DNA of 64,000 nt, from NCBI GenBank assembly GCA_963755635.1, contig CAVWKS010000026.1, positions 46,786 to 110,785 of the forward strand, read 5' to 3'. Shown here one piece after another: positions 53,044 through 61,653 of this stretch; positions within the stretch are counted from its first letter, which is position 1, and each line of letters begins with the position of its first letter. The stretch is from an uncultured Actinomycetes bacterium. Lineage in GTDB: Bacteria; Actinomycetota; Thermoleophilia; Gaiellales; Gaiellaceae. The position numbers and the translations under genes are program-made. The notes below the pieces were generated by a model. The model was not told the origin of the DNA. It saw only the letters and a program-made list of their open reading frames with translations, and made no database searches.

Positions 53044-53976
53044 GTGCTCGACGGGAAAGTCGCCATCGTCACGGGCGCCGGGCGCGGAATCGGGCGTGAG
53101 CATGCCCACGCGCTCGCCCGCGCGGGCGCCAGGGTGGTCGTCAACGACCTCGGCGGCGCGCTGAGCGGCGAGGGGGCGGACCAGCGCCCGGCGGACGAGG
53201 TGGCCGAGGAGATCAGGAGCGAGGGCGGCGAGGCTGTCGCGAGCTACGAGAACGTGGCGAGCTTCGAGGAGGCCGAGCGGATGGTGCGCGGCGCGGTCGA
53301 GCGCTTCGGCCGGCTGGACATCCTCGTCAACAACGCCGGCATCCTCCGCGACCGGATGCTCGTGAACATGACCGAGGACGAGTGGGACGCGGTGATCGCG
53401 GTCCACCTGAAAGGCCACTTCGCGCCGACCAGGCACGCAGCGGCGTACTGGCGCGAGCGGTCGAAGGCCGGCGAGGAGGTGCGTGGCCGGGTGATCAACA
53501 CTTCCAGCCCCTCGGGTGTCTTCGGCAACGTCGGCCAGGCGAACTACGGCGCCGCCAAGGGCGCGATCGCCTCCTTCACGCTGATCGCCGCGCAGGAGCT
53601 CGCCCGCTACGGGGTCACCGTCAACTGCCTCGCCCCGAGCGCGCGCACGCGCATGACCGAGGAGACCTTCGGCGACCTGCCCGCGCCCGACGAGGGCTTC
53701 GACCCGCTCGACCCGGCGAACATCGCACCGATCGTCGTCGCCCTCTGCGCGGACGAGGCACAGGACGTGACGGGGCAGTGCCTCTTCGTCTACGGCGGGG
53801 CGGTGAACGTGCTGCGCCCTTGGGATGAGGGCGAGGCGATCGCGAAGGATGGGCGCTGGGAGGCGGACGAGTTCCTGGGGCAGCTCCTCGCCCGCTTCCC
53901 CGAGGGCGCGGCCCCGGCAGGGATGCTCGCGCTGATGAAGCGGGCCGGCGGCCGCTCGCTCCGGGCCCAGGAATGA
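53044..53976 (+). CDS. SDR resembling the (3R)-hydroxyacyl-CoA dehydrogenase domain of MFE-2/Hsd4A
   Basis: ORF 53044..53976. TGAGRGIG, VVVNDLGG, NNAGILRDR and GQANYGAAK closely follow the HSD17B4 N-terminal pattern. Confidence 0.85.
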   Translation: MLDGKVAIVTGAGRGIGREHAHALARAGARVVVNDLGGALSGEGADQRPADEVAEEIRSEGGEAVASYENVASFEEAERMVRGAVERFGRLDILVNNAGILRDRMLVNMTEDEWDAVIAVHLKGHFAPTRHAAAYWRERSKAGEEVRGRVINTSSPSGVFGNVGQANYGAAKGAIASFTLIAAQELARYGVTVNCLAPSARTRMTEETFGDLPAPDEGFDPLDPANIAPIVVALCADEAQDVTGQCLFVYGGAVNVLRPWDEGEAIAKDGRWEADEFLGQLLARFPEGAAPAGMLALMKRAGGRSLRAQE

Positions 53977-54425
53977 CGGCGCAGCTGACGATCGCGGAGC
54001 TCGAGCGGGCCGGCGAGCTCGATCTCGGCGCCAGCTCGTGGGTGGAGGTCGACCAGCGGCGGATCGACCTCTTCGCCGACGCGACCGGCGATCACCAGTG
54101 GATCCACGTCGACCCCGAGAGGGCGGCGAACGGGCCGTTCGGGACGACGGTCGCGCACGGCTACCTCTCGCTCTCTCTCATTCCCGCCCTGCTCTCCGAG
54201 CTGCTCGTCATGACCGACGCGCGCCTGGGGCTCAACTACGGCACCGAGCGCATCCGCTTCACCTCGCCAGTGCCCTCGGGCTCGGAGGTGCGCCTGCGCG
54301 CGAGGCTCGTCTCCACGGAGCGCCGCGACGCGGGCGTCGTCTTCCGGCTCGCGGTCGAGATCGAGGTGCGCGGCCAGGAGAAGCCCGCCCTCGTGGGCGA
54401 GGTCGTCTACCTCGCCTACGAGTAG
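53973..54425 (+). CDS. MaoC-family (R)-specific enoyl-CoA hydratase
   Basis: ORF 53973..54425 has a 4-nt overlap with the SDR. The hot-dog hydratase motif is FADATGDHQWIHVDPERA...FGTTVAHG. Confidence 0.85.
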   Translation: MTAQLTIAELERAGELDLGASSWVEVDQRRIDLFADATGDHQWIHVDPERAANGPFGTTVAHGYLSLSLIPALLSELLVMTDARLGLNYGTERIRFTSPVPSGSEVRLRARLVSTERRDAGVVFRLAVEIEVRGQEKPALVGEVVYLAYE

Positions 54426-55594
54426 CGGTCGCCGTCGAGCCGCTCGACGAGCATCGCCATTCCCTGGCCACCGCCGACGCACATCGTCTCGAGCCCGATC
54501 GTCCCGTCGACCGCCTCGAGACCGTTCAGGAGCGTGCACATGATCCGCGCGCCCGTCATCCCGTATGGATGGCCGAGCGCGATCGCGCCGCCGTGCGGGT
54601 TCAGCTGCTCGCCGAAGGGGTCGATCCCGAGCTCCCGGCAGACCGGCAGCACCTGGGCGGCGAACGCCTCGTTCAGCTCGACCACGTCGACGTCGTCGAG
54701 AGTCATCCCGGCCCGCGGCAGCACGGTGCGCACGGCCTCGATCGGCCCCAAGCCCATGATCTCCGGCTCCAGGCCGGAGACGGCGGAGGCGAGGATGCGG
54801 GCGCGCGGCCCGAGCCCGAGCGCCCGCGCGCGCTCCTCGCTCACCACGACGACCGCGGCGGCGCCGTCGTTCAGCGGGCAGGAGTTGCCGGCGGTCACCT
54901 TCCCTCCGGGGACGAAGGCCGGTTCGAGCTCTGCGAGCCGCTCGACCGTCGACTCCGGCCGGGGCCCGTCGTCGCGCGCCACGACCTCGCCGTTCTCCTT
55001 CGGGTACGGCGTCACCTCGCGCTCGAAGAAGCCCGAGGCCTGCGCTGCGACGGCCCGCTCCTGCGAGCGCTGCGCGTAGAGGTCCATCTCCTCGCGAGAG
55101 ACGTCAAAGCGCTCGGCCACGTTCTCCGCGGTCACGCCCATCGGGATGTAGACGTTCGCGATCGAGCCCTCCTGTCCCGTGAGCCTCGGGTGGAGCTCGT
55201 CCGCGTCCCTCGGGTAGCCGTCGACCTGCGAGATCGACTCCACCCCGGCGGCCACGAACACATCTCCCTCGCCGGCCCTGATCGCGTGGAAGGCCATGCG
55301 GATCGTCTGCAGGCTCGAGGCGCAGAAGCGGTTCACGGTCGTGCCGGGAATGCGCTTCGGCAGCCCGGCCAGCAGCGCCGCCCGGCGCCCCAGGTTCATC
55401 CCCTGCTTCCCCTGCGGGAAGCCACAGCCGACCATCACGTCGACGATCTCGCCCGGGTCGAGCTCCGGTACCTGCTGCAGCGCGCTGCGGATCGCGAAGG
55501 CGACGAGATCGTCCGGGCGCACGTCGACGAGCGATCCCTTGCGCGCCCGGCCGATCGGCGTCCGCGCCGCAGCGACGATCAGCGCCTCAGGCAT
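54416..55594 (-). CDS. acetyl-CoA C-acyltransferase (thiolase)
   Basis: ORF 54416..55594. It has the NRFCASS active-site Cys, a C-terminal GGGQGMA motif and NEAFAAQ. Confidence 0.92.
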   Translation of the reverse strand: MPEALIVAAARTPIGRARKGSLVDVRPDDLVAFAIRSALQQVPELDPGEIVDVMVGCGFPQGKQGMNLGRRAALLAGLPKRIPGTTVNRFCASSLQTIRMAFHAIRAGEGDVFVAAGVESISQVDGYPRDADELHPRLTGQEGSIANVYIPMGVTAENVAERFDVSREEMDLYAQRSQERAVAAQASGFFEREVTPYPKENGEVVARDDGPRPESTVERLAELEPAFVPGGKVTAGNSCPLNDGAAAVVVVSEERARALGLGPRARILASAVSGLEPEIMGLGPIEAVRTVLPRAGMTLDDVDVVELNEAFAAQVLPVCRELGIDPFGEQLNPHGGAIALGHPYGMTGARIMCTLLNGLEAVDGTIGLETMCVGGGQGMAMLVERLDGDRYS

Positions 55595-56748
55595 CAGGCG
55601 AACGCGCTCTCGCCCGTGAGTGCCCGGCCGATGATCAGCTTCTGGATCTGGCTCGTGCCCTCGTACAAGGTGGTCACGCGCGCGTCGCGCAGGTACTTCC
55701 CCACCGGGTACTCGTCGACGTATCCGTAGCCGCCGTGCACCTGCACGGCCGCGTTCGCCGCGCGCACCGAGACCTCGCTCGCGTAGTACTTCGCGAGTGA
55801 GGACTCGAGCGTGTGCCGCTCACCGCGGTCGGCCAGCGCCGCTGCGCGCCACGTGAGCAGGCGGGCGGCGTCCGTCTCGACGGCGATGTCGGCGATCAGC
55901 TCCTGAATCAGCTGGAAGCTCGCGAGCGGCTTCCCGAACTGCGTTCGCTCCCGCGCGTACTCGAGGCAAGCGTCGAGGCAGCCCTGGGCGATCCCGACGC
56001 AGCCCGCCGCGAGGGAGATCCGGCCGTTGTCGAGAGCCGACATGGCGACCTTGAAGCCCTCGCCCTCGCGGCCGAGGCGGCTCCCCTCGGGCACGCGGAC
56101 CTCGTCCAGGAAGAGCTCCGCGGTGTCCTGCGCGCGCAGGCCGAGCTTGCCCTTGATGGGCTGCGCGCGGAAGCCCTCGCTCTCCGTCGGGACGAGGAAG
56201 CACGTGATGCCGCCCACCCCCTCGCTGCCCGTGCGGGCGAAGACGAGGGCGACGCTCGCCCAGCTGCCGAGCGTGATGAAGATCTTCGAGCCGCTCAGCA
56301 GCCACTCCTCGCCGTCACGCCGGGCGCGCGTCGCGAGGCTCGCGGGGTCGGAGCCCGAGCCCGGCTCGGTCAGGGCATAGCAGCCGAGGCCCGCGCCCGA
56401 GCAGAGCCTCGGCAGCCATTCGCGCTTCTGCTCCTCGCTCCCCCACCTGGCGATCGTCTTCCCGACCAGCCCGACGTTGACCGAGACGATCCCGCGCACC
56501 GACGAGTCGGCGCGGCCGAGCTCCTCCATCAGGAGGCAGTACGAGACGGTGTCCAGGCCGAGGCCGCCGTGCTCCTCGGGCAGGCCGGCCCCGAGAAAGC
56601 CGACCTCGGCGAGCTTGGCGACGATCGCCCGGTCCATCGTCTCCGCCCGGTCCCATTCGCGCGCGCCGGGGACGACCTCCCGCTCGGCAAACTCGCGTGC
56701 CGAGCGCCGGATCAACTCCTGCTCCGGGCTGAGCGCGAAGTCCGGCAT
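55594..56748 (-). CDS. acyl-CoA dehydrogenase (short/medium-chain type)
   Basis: This is the in-frame ATG 56748 of ORF 55594..56802. It has ALTEPGSGSDPAS and YEGTSQIQKLIIGRAL. Confidence 0.9.
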   Translation of the reverse strand: MPDFALSPEQELIRRSAREFAEREVVPGAREWDRAETMDRAIVAKLAEVGFLGAGLPEEHGGLGLDTVSYCLLMEELGRADSSVRGIVSVNVGLVGKTIARWGSEEQKREWLPRLCSGAGLGCYALTEPGSGSDPASLATRARRDGEEWLLSGSKIFITLGSWASVALVFARTGSEGVGGITCFLVPTESEGFRAQPIKGKLGLRAQDTAELFLDEVRVPEGSRLGREGEGFKVAMSALDNGRISLAAGCVGIAQGCLDACLEYARERTQFGKPLASFQLIQELIADIAVETDAARLLTWRAAALADRGERHTLESSLAKYYASEVSVRAANAAVQVHGGYGYVDEYPVGKYLRDARVTTLYEGTSQIQKLIIGRALTGESAFA

Positions 56749-56779
56749 GCGTGCGAGCGTAGTGGAATGCGAAGGCGGT

Positions 56780-56800
56780 GGGGCCGCGCGGTGCGGCCCC
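56780..56800 (-). terminator. GC-rich hairpin after the substrate-binding-protein gene
   Basis: GGGGCCGC - gcggt - GCGGCCCC, an 8-bp stem 21 nt downstream of the stop at 56821 on the minus strand. Confidence 0.45.
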
Positions 56801-56820
56801 AACCACCTTCGGAACGCCGG

Positions 56821-58047
56821 TTACTGGCGGGTGTAGGTCAGAAGCTTCCCGAACGGTACGAAGTGGCTGTTCGAGAACTTGTCCAGCCGTGCCTGGTTGA
56901 GCGGGAAGTGGTCCTTCGCGCTCGTCTTCGTGACCATTCCCGGCAACAGGAACGGATTGGCCTTCGTGTTCGTGTGCAGGAGCGCCTTCATCAGGCCCTT
57001 GCGCGTCGGGTTCTTGCCGGCGCGCTTGAGCGCGTTGACGAAGGCCCAGCCCTGGCCCATGCCGTAGACGTTGAACGCATCCGTCAGGCGCGTGCCCGGA
57101 TTCTCGGCCTTCATGATCTTGCGGTAGAGCTTCATTCCGGGCGTCTTGGCGTAGGCCGGGTCGTCCGGAATCAGCGTGTAGGCGGTGCTGATGATCCCCT
57201 TCACGGCGTCGGGGCTGCCCGCCGACTGCGCGGCGATGTTCATCAGGTCGTTCGTGCCCGAGACGGAGTTCAGGAAGATCTTCGGGTGCCAGTCCAGCTT
57301 CCAGGCGACCACGATCGCCTGGATCGCGAACGACGGAGTCGCGGCGATGAAGAACGTGTCGGCCCCGGATGCCTTGAGCAGCGCGATGTGCGTCGCGATC
57401 GACTGCTCGGTGATCGAGTACCCCTCGGACCGGACGATCTTGCTCTGGGCCTTACCGAGGCCCGCCTTGAAGCCTCGGACGTAGTCCTTGCCGTAGTCGT
57501 CGTTCTGGAACAGGATCCCGATCTTCGCGTTCTTCTGGTGCGCGACGATGTACTGCCCGTAGAGCGCGCCCTCAGCCACGTAATTCGGCTGCCAGCCGAT
57601 CGTCCACGGGTACTTCCTGTACTGCGTGCCCCAGTTGCTCGCGCCCGTCGAGACGAGCACCTGCGGCACCTTCTTGCCGTTCAGGTAGTCGCGCACCGAG
57701 AGGACGGGCTCGGTTCCCAGCTGGCCGACGATCGCGAACACGCGGTCTTGCTCCACGAGCTCCTTCGTCAGCGGGACGGTCTTCGACGGGTTGTAGCCGT
57801 CGTCGAGCGTGATGAACTTGATCTTCCGCTTGTTGACCCCTCCGTGGGCGTTCACCCACTTGTAGTAGGCCGTCTCGGCCTTGGCGATGACCCCGTAGGC
57901 GGACGCGACGCCGCTGTACGGGAACGTGGCCCCGATCACGACCCGCGTCTTCGTCACGCCTGGCGTCCTCGACTCGCGGGACGCTGCTGCCGCGGTCACG
58001 ACGAGTAGGAGTGCGAGCGCTCCCAGAACTGCAATCCGTTTCTTCAC
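56821..58047 (-). CDS. ABC transporter substrate-binding protein (branched-chain amino acid / Liv type 1 periplasmic binding fold)
   Basis: GTG 58047 follows GGAGGAAG, inside ORF 56821..58623. It has a lipoprotein-like signal (KKRIAVLGALALLLVV) and a Peripla_BP_6-like body. Confidence 0.88.
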   Translation of the reverse strand: MKKRIAVLGALALLLVVTAAAASRESRTPGVTKTRVVIGATFPYSGVASAYGVIAKAETAYYKWVNAHGGVNKRKIKFITLDDGYNPSKTVPLTKELVEQDRVFAIVGQLGTEPVLSVRDYLNGKKVPQVLVSTGASNWGTQYRKYPWTIGWQPNYVAEGALYGQYIVAHQKNAKIGILFQNDDYGKDYVRGFKAGLGKAQSKIVRSEGYSITEQSIATHIALLKASGADTFFIAATPSFAIQAIVVAWKLDWHPKIFLNSVSGTNDLMNIAAQSAGSPDAVKGIISTAYTLIPDDPAYAKTPGMKLYRKIMKAENPGTRLTDAFNVYGMGQGWAFVNALKRAGKNPTRKGLMKALLHTNTKANPFLLPGMVTKTSAKDHFPLNQARLDKFSNSHFVPFGKLLTYTRQ

Positions 58048-58091
58048 TGCTTCCTCCTTTTCGTGCCTGCCTGGGTAGTTTGACGTAGCCG

Positions 58092-59105
58092 TTACGCCGG
58101 TGTTAGGCGACGACGAGCCGCGACCGCGCTGCTCGCGCGGCGGATTCCACGCCACAACCGGCGCGCTCCGCCGACCACGCCGTGAGGCAGCACGAACATG
58201 ACGGCGATCGTGAGCACTCCGTAGATCACCGGCGGCGCGTCCTTGGAGACGCCGTGGAGGTTGGCGTAGATCGGTGTCACCCAGAGGAAGACGATCAACA
58301 GCCCGCCGAAAATCGGCCCCACCAGCGTGCCGAGCCCCCCGACCACGGCGCCCGTCAGGAGCAGGATCGAGAGCGTGACCGGGAACGAGCTCGGGTTGAT
58401 GTACGAGAGCGAGATCGCGAGCAGCGATCCGGCGATCCCCGCGTAGAACGCCGAGACGCCGAACGCCATCGTCTTGTAGAGCGGCAGCTTGATCCCGAAG
58501 GCGACGGCCGCCGTCTCGCTGTCCCGCACCGCCCGCAGCGCTCGGCCGAAGCGACCCCGCAGCAGGACCCAGGCGAGCGCCCACATCACCGCTGCGACCG
58601 ACCAGCTGAGGATGTAGATCCACACGTTCGGGCTGATGTTCCAGCCGAACGGCGCCTGCAGCTCTCCGACATGGATGCCGATCGAGCCGCCGGTCAGGCC
58701 GCTGAAGTGCTCGGCCAGCCCTGGAGCGGCGGTCGCCACCGCAAGCGTGGCGAGGGCGAGGTACACGCCGGCGAGCCGGAGCGCAGGGAAGCCGAACAGG
58801 AAGCCCGTGACGCCCGCCACCAGCCCCGCGAGCGGGATCGTCCAGACGTCCGTCATCCCGGCGTGCACCACGAGCGAGCTCGTCGTGTAGGCGCCGACGA
58901 GCATGAAGGCGCCGTGCCCCAGCGAGATCTGGCCGCAGTAGCCCGTGAGGATGTTGAGCCCGAGAACGGCGATGAAGTAGATCCCGACCTGCGCGAGCTG
59001 ATACGTGCGGAACTCGCTCACCAGGCGCGGCAGGACGACGACGAGCAGCGCCGTCAGCGCGAGCGCGGCGAGCGCAGCCGCGGCAGGACGCCGGTCGGCC
59101 CTCAT
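58092..59105 (-). CDS. livM: branched-chain amino acid ABC transporter permease
   Basis: This is the in-frame ATG 59105 of ORF 58092..59411, in an ATGA overlap with livH. It has GQISLGHGAFMLVGAY and the AVRDSETAA motif. Confidence 0.85.
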   Translation of the reverse strand: MRADRRPAAAALAALALTALLVVVLPRLVSEFRTYQLAQVGIYFIAVLGLNILTGYCGQISLGHGAFMLVGAYTTSSLVVHAGMTDVWTIPLAGLVAGVTGFLFGFPALRLAGVYLALATLAVATAAPGLAEHFSGLTGGSIGIHVGELQAPFGWNISPNVWIYILSWSVAAVMWALAWVLLRGRFGRALRAVRDSETAAVAFGIKLPLYKTMAFGVSAFYAGIAGSLLAISLSYINPSSFPVTLSILLLTGAVVGGLGTLVGPIFGGLLIVFLWVTPIYANLHGVSKDAPPVIYGVLTIAVMFVLPHGVVGGARRLWRGIRRASSAVAARRRLTPA

Positions 59106-59983
59106 ACTCGCTGCACCTTCACCTCGCCGAACAGGCCCGAGGGCCGCACCATCAGCACCAGCAGCAAGATGCCCAACGCGAGTGGCAGCTGCAGCTCCGG
59201 CGTGATCGCGGGCACGTAGGTCGTGAGCAGGTTGATCCCGACGCCGATCATGAGCCCGCCGACAACGGCGCCGAGCGGGCTCTCGATCCCGCCGAGCACC
59301 GCGGCCGCGAAGGCGTAGAGCAGGATCCCTTGCATCAAGTTCGGCGTCAGGAAGACGATCGGCGCCGCCAGCATCCCGGCGAGGGCGCCGAGCAGAGCGG
59401 CGAGCCCCCACCCGATTCCGAGCATCCAGCCGACGCGGACGCCGAGCAGGCGGCTGACCTCCGGCTCGGTCGCGCAGGCGCGCAGTCCGAGCCCGAGCTT
59501 CGTGTAGCGGAAGAGGAGGAACATCGCCAGCACGACCGCGATCATCACGCCCGTGATCTCGAGCGCGTCGAGCGGCACGGCGACGCCGCGGATCGTCGTC
59601 GTGTGCGTCGGGAACATGCTGGGGAAGAACTTCAGCGTCGTCCCCCAGATCCAGGCCGCCGCGCCGTTGAGGGCGATCAGGAGCCCGACAGTCACGACCA
59701 CGATGTTCAGCTCCGGAGCGCGCTCGACCGGGCGGATCACCGTCCGCTCGATCGCGAGCCCGAACAGGAAGCCGATCGCGAGCGTCGCGGGGAACATCTC
59801 CCAGTACGAGAACCCGTGCTCGAGCAGGCTCGAGGCGATGTACGTCGTGAACATCGCCATCTCGCCCTGGGCGAAGTTGACCACGCCGGTGGCGCGGTAG
59901 ACAAGCACGAGCGCCAGGGCGAGCGAGGCGTAGATCGATCCGCTCTCGAGCCCCAGGACGACCTGTTGCCAGAACTGCTGCAT
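59102..59983 (-). CDS. livH: branched-chain amino acid ABC transporter permease
   Basis: ORF 59102..59983. It has GVVNFAQGEMAMF and ACATEPEVSRLLGV. Confidence 0.9.
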   Translation of the reverse strand: MQQFWQQVVLGLESGSIYASLALALVLVYRATGVVNFAQGEMAMFTTYIASSLLEHGFSYWEMFPATLAIGFLFGLAIERTVIRPVERAPELNIVVVTVGLLIALNGAAAWIWGTTLKFFPSMFPTHTTTIRGVAVPLDALEITGVMIAVVLAMFLLFRYTKLGLGLRACATEPEVSRLLGVRVGWMLGIGWGLAALLGALAGMLAAPIVFLTPNLMQGILLYAFAAAVLGGIESPLGAVVGGLMIGVGINLLTTYVPAITPELQLPLALGILLLVLMVRPSGLFGEVKVQRV

Positions 59984-60693
59984 CAGTAGCCGAGGTAGAC
60001 GCGCTGCATCGACTCGTTCGCGCGCAGGGCGCCTGACTCTCCCGCCATCGCGACGCTTCCCGCCTCGAGGACGTAGCCGCGCGAGGCGATCTCGAGCGCG
60101 GCCCTCGCGTTCTGCTCGACCAGGAGCACCGAGACGCCCTCGGCCTGGTTCAGCGTGTGCACGATCCGGAAGATCTCGCGGGCGATCAGGGGGGCCAGGC
60201 CGAGCGACGGCTCGTCCAGGAGCAGCAGCCGCGGGCGGCTCATCAGCGCGCGCCCCACCGCCAGCATCTGCTGCTCGCCGCCGCTCAGCGTTCCGGCCCG
60301 CTGCCCGCCGCGGCGCCCGATCCAGGGGAAGTAGTCGCTTACTCGCTCGAGGTCACGCTTCACGCCGGCCCGGTCCCGCCGGCGGTAGGCGCCCATCCGC
60401 AGGTTGTCGCGCACGGTGAGCTGCGTGTAGACGCCGCGGCCCTCGGGGACGTGCGCGACGCCGAGGCGCGCGAGCGCCTCCGGGCCTCGGCGCGTGATGT
60501 TGCGTCCGGCGAAGACGATCTCTCCCGACCGCTTGACCGTGCCGGAGACGGCCCGCAGCATCGTCGTCTTGCCGGCACCGTTCGGGCCGAGGACGGTGAC
60601 GATCTCTCCCTCGTCGACGGTCAGCGAGACGCCGTGCAGCGCCTCGATCGCGCCGTAGCCGGCGACGACGGTGTCGAGCTCAAGCAGCGCCAT
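59983..60693 (-). CDS. livF: ABC transporter ATP-binding protein
   Basis: ORF 59983..60693. It has Walker A GPNGAGKTT, the signature LSGGEQQ and Walker B LLLLDEPS. Confidence 0.9.
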   Translation of the reverse strand: MALLELDTVVAGYGAIEALHGVSLTVDEGEIVTVLGPNGAGKTTMLRAVSGTVKRSGEIVFAGRNITRRGPEALARLGVAHVPEGRGVYTQLTVRDNLRMGAYRRRDRAGVKRDLERVSDYFPWIGRRGGQRAGTLSGGEQQMLAVGRALMSRPRLLLLDEPSLGLAPLIAREIFRIVHTLNQAEGVSVLLVEQNARAALEIASRGYVLEAGSVAMAGESGALRANESMQRVYLGY

Positions 60694-61417
60694 CGTCCTC
60701 GGCTCCGAGGTAGGCCTCGATCACCTCGGGGTCCCGTCGCACCTGCTCGGGCGTGCCACTGGCGATCAGGCGGCCGAAGTCCAGCACGTGCACCGCCTCG
60801 GAGACCGCCATCACGAGGTTCATGTGGTGCTCGACGAGCAGGACCGTCAGTGCGTAGTCGTGGCGCACCCGCTCGATGAACCTGCCGAGCTCGCCGACTT
60901 GCTCATGGTGCAGACCACCCGCGGGCTCGTCGAGGAGCAGCAGTTTCGGCTGTGAGACCAGCGCGCGGGCGATCTCGACCCGCTTCAGCGTCGCGAACGG
61001 GAGCCCCGCCACGGGGCGGTTCGCGACGTCTCCCAGGCCGACGTAGGCCAGCACCTCGTCAGCGCGACCCCGCGCTTCCCGCTCGCGCCTGCGGAATGTC
61101 TGGGCGTGCTCGCCAACGAGCACGTTCTCCCGCACGGTCATGGTCTTGAACAGTTCGACGTTCTGAAACGTTCGCGCGATCCCGCGCCCTATGACCGCCG
61201 ACGCGTGGCCGTGGAGGAGGCTCTCTCCCTCGAAGCGGATGTCGCCTGTCTGCGGCCGGTACAGCCGGGTGATCAGGTTGAACATCGTCGTCTTGCCCGC
61301 GCCGTTCGGACCAATCAGCCCGACGATCGCGCCGGGGTCGACTCCGAAGGAGACGTGGTCGACCGCGACGATGCCGTCGAACGTGCGGCTGACATCGACC
61401 ACGTCCAGCAGCGCCAT
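60680..61417 (-). CDS. livG: ABC transporter ATP-binding protein
   Basis: ORF 60680..61417. It has Walker A GPNGAGKTT and Walker B LLLLDEPAGG, and its N-terminus is LivG-like (FDGIVAVDHVSF). Confidence 0.9.
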   Translation of the reverse strand: MALLDVVDVSRTFDGIVAVDHVSFGVDPGAIVGLIGPNGAGKTTMFNLITRLYRPQTGDIRFEGESLLHGHASAVIGRGIARTFQNVELFKTMTVRENVLVGEHAQTFRRREREARGRADEVLAYVGLGDVANRPVAGLPFATLKRVEIARALVSQPKLLLLDEPAGGLHHEQVGELGRFIERVRHDYALTVLLVEHHMNLVMAVSEAVHVLDFGRLIASGTPEQVRRDPEVIEAYLGAEDDGAA

Positions 61418-61477
61418 TGGCAGCGAAGCTTACGCGGGCGCGTCCGCGGCGCCTCCGATCAGCAGCAGCCGGCCTTC

Positions 61478-61502
61478 GCTGCCGGTTGGACCAACCGGCA
61501 GC
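61478..61502. repeat. 25-bp perfect palindrome (12-1-12)
   Basis: GCTGCCGGTTGG-a-CCAACCGGCAGC, read directly. It lies 61-85 nt upstream of the livG ATG and about 105 nt downstream of the tRNA relic on the minus strand. Confidence 0.6.
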
Positions 61503-61606
61503 GCGCCTTCTCCTCCCCTCGCGCGTCTTCACGCCTTGATGACCTGGCACACCACACGAGGGTGGTGCGGCAACCGAAGCTGGCCATTGCAGGCACATTC
61601 AAGAGA

Positions 61607-61653
61607 CGGGAGCGACGGGACTCGAACCCGCGACCTCCGGCGTGACAGGCCAC
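61607..61653 (-). pseudogene. 3' part of a tRNA-Asp(GTC) gene (anticodon arm to discriminator), with no matching 5' half
   Basis: The minus strand reads GTGGC-CTGTCAC-GCCGG AGGTC GCGGG-TTCGAGT-CCCGT CGCTCCC G. This is nearly identical to bacterial tRNA-Asp from the anticodon loop onward. The required 5' acceptor strand GGGAGCG and a D-arm are absent upstream. Confidence 0.6.
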
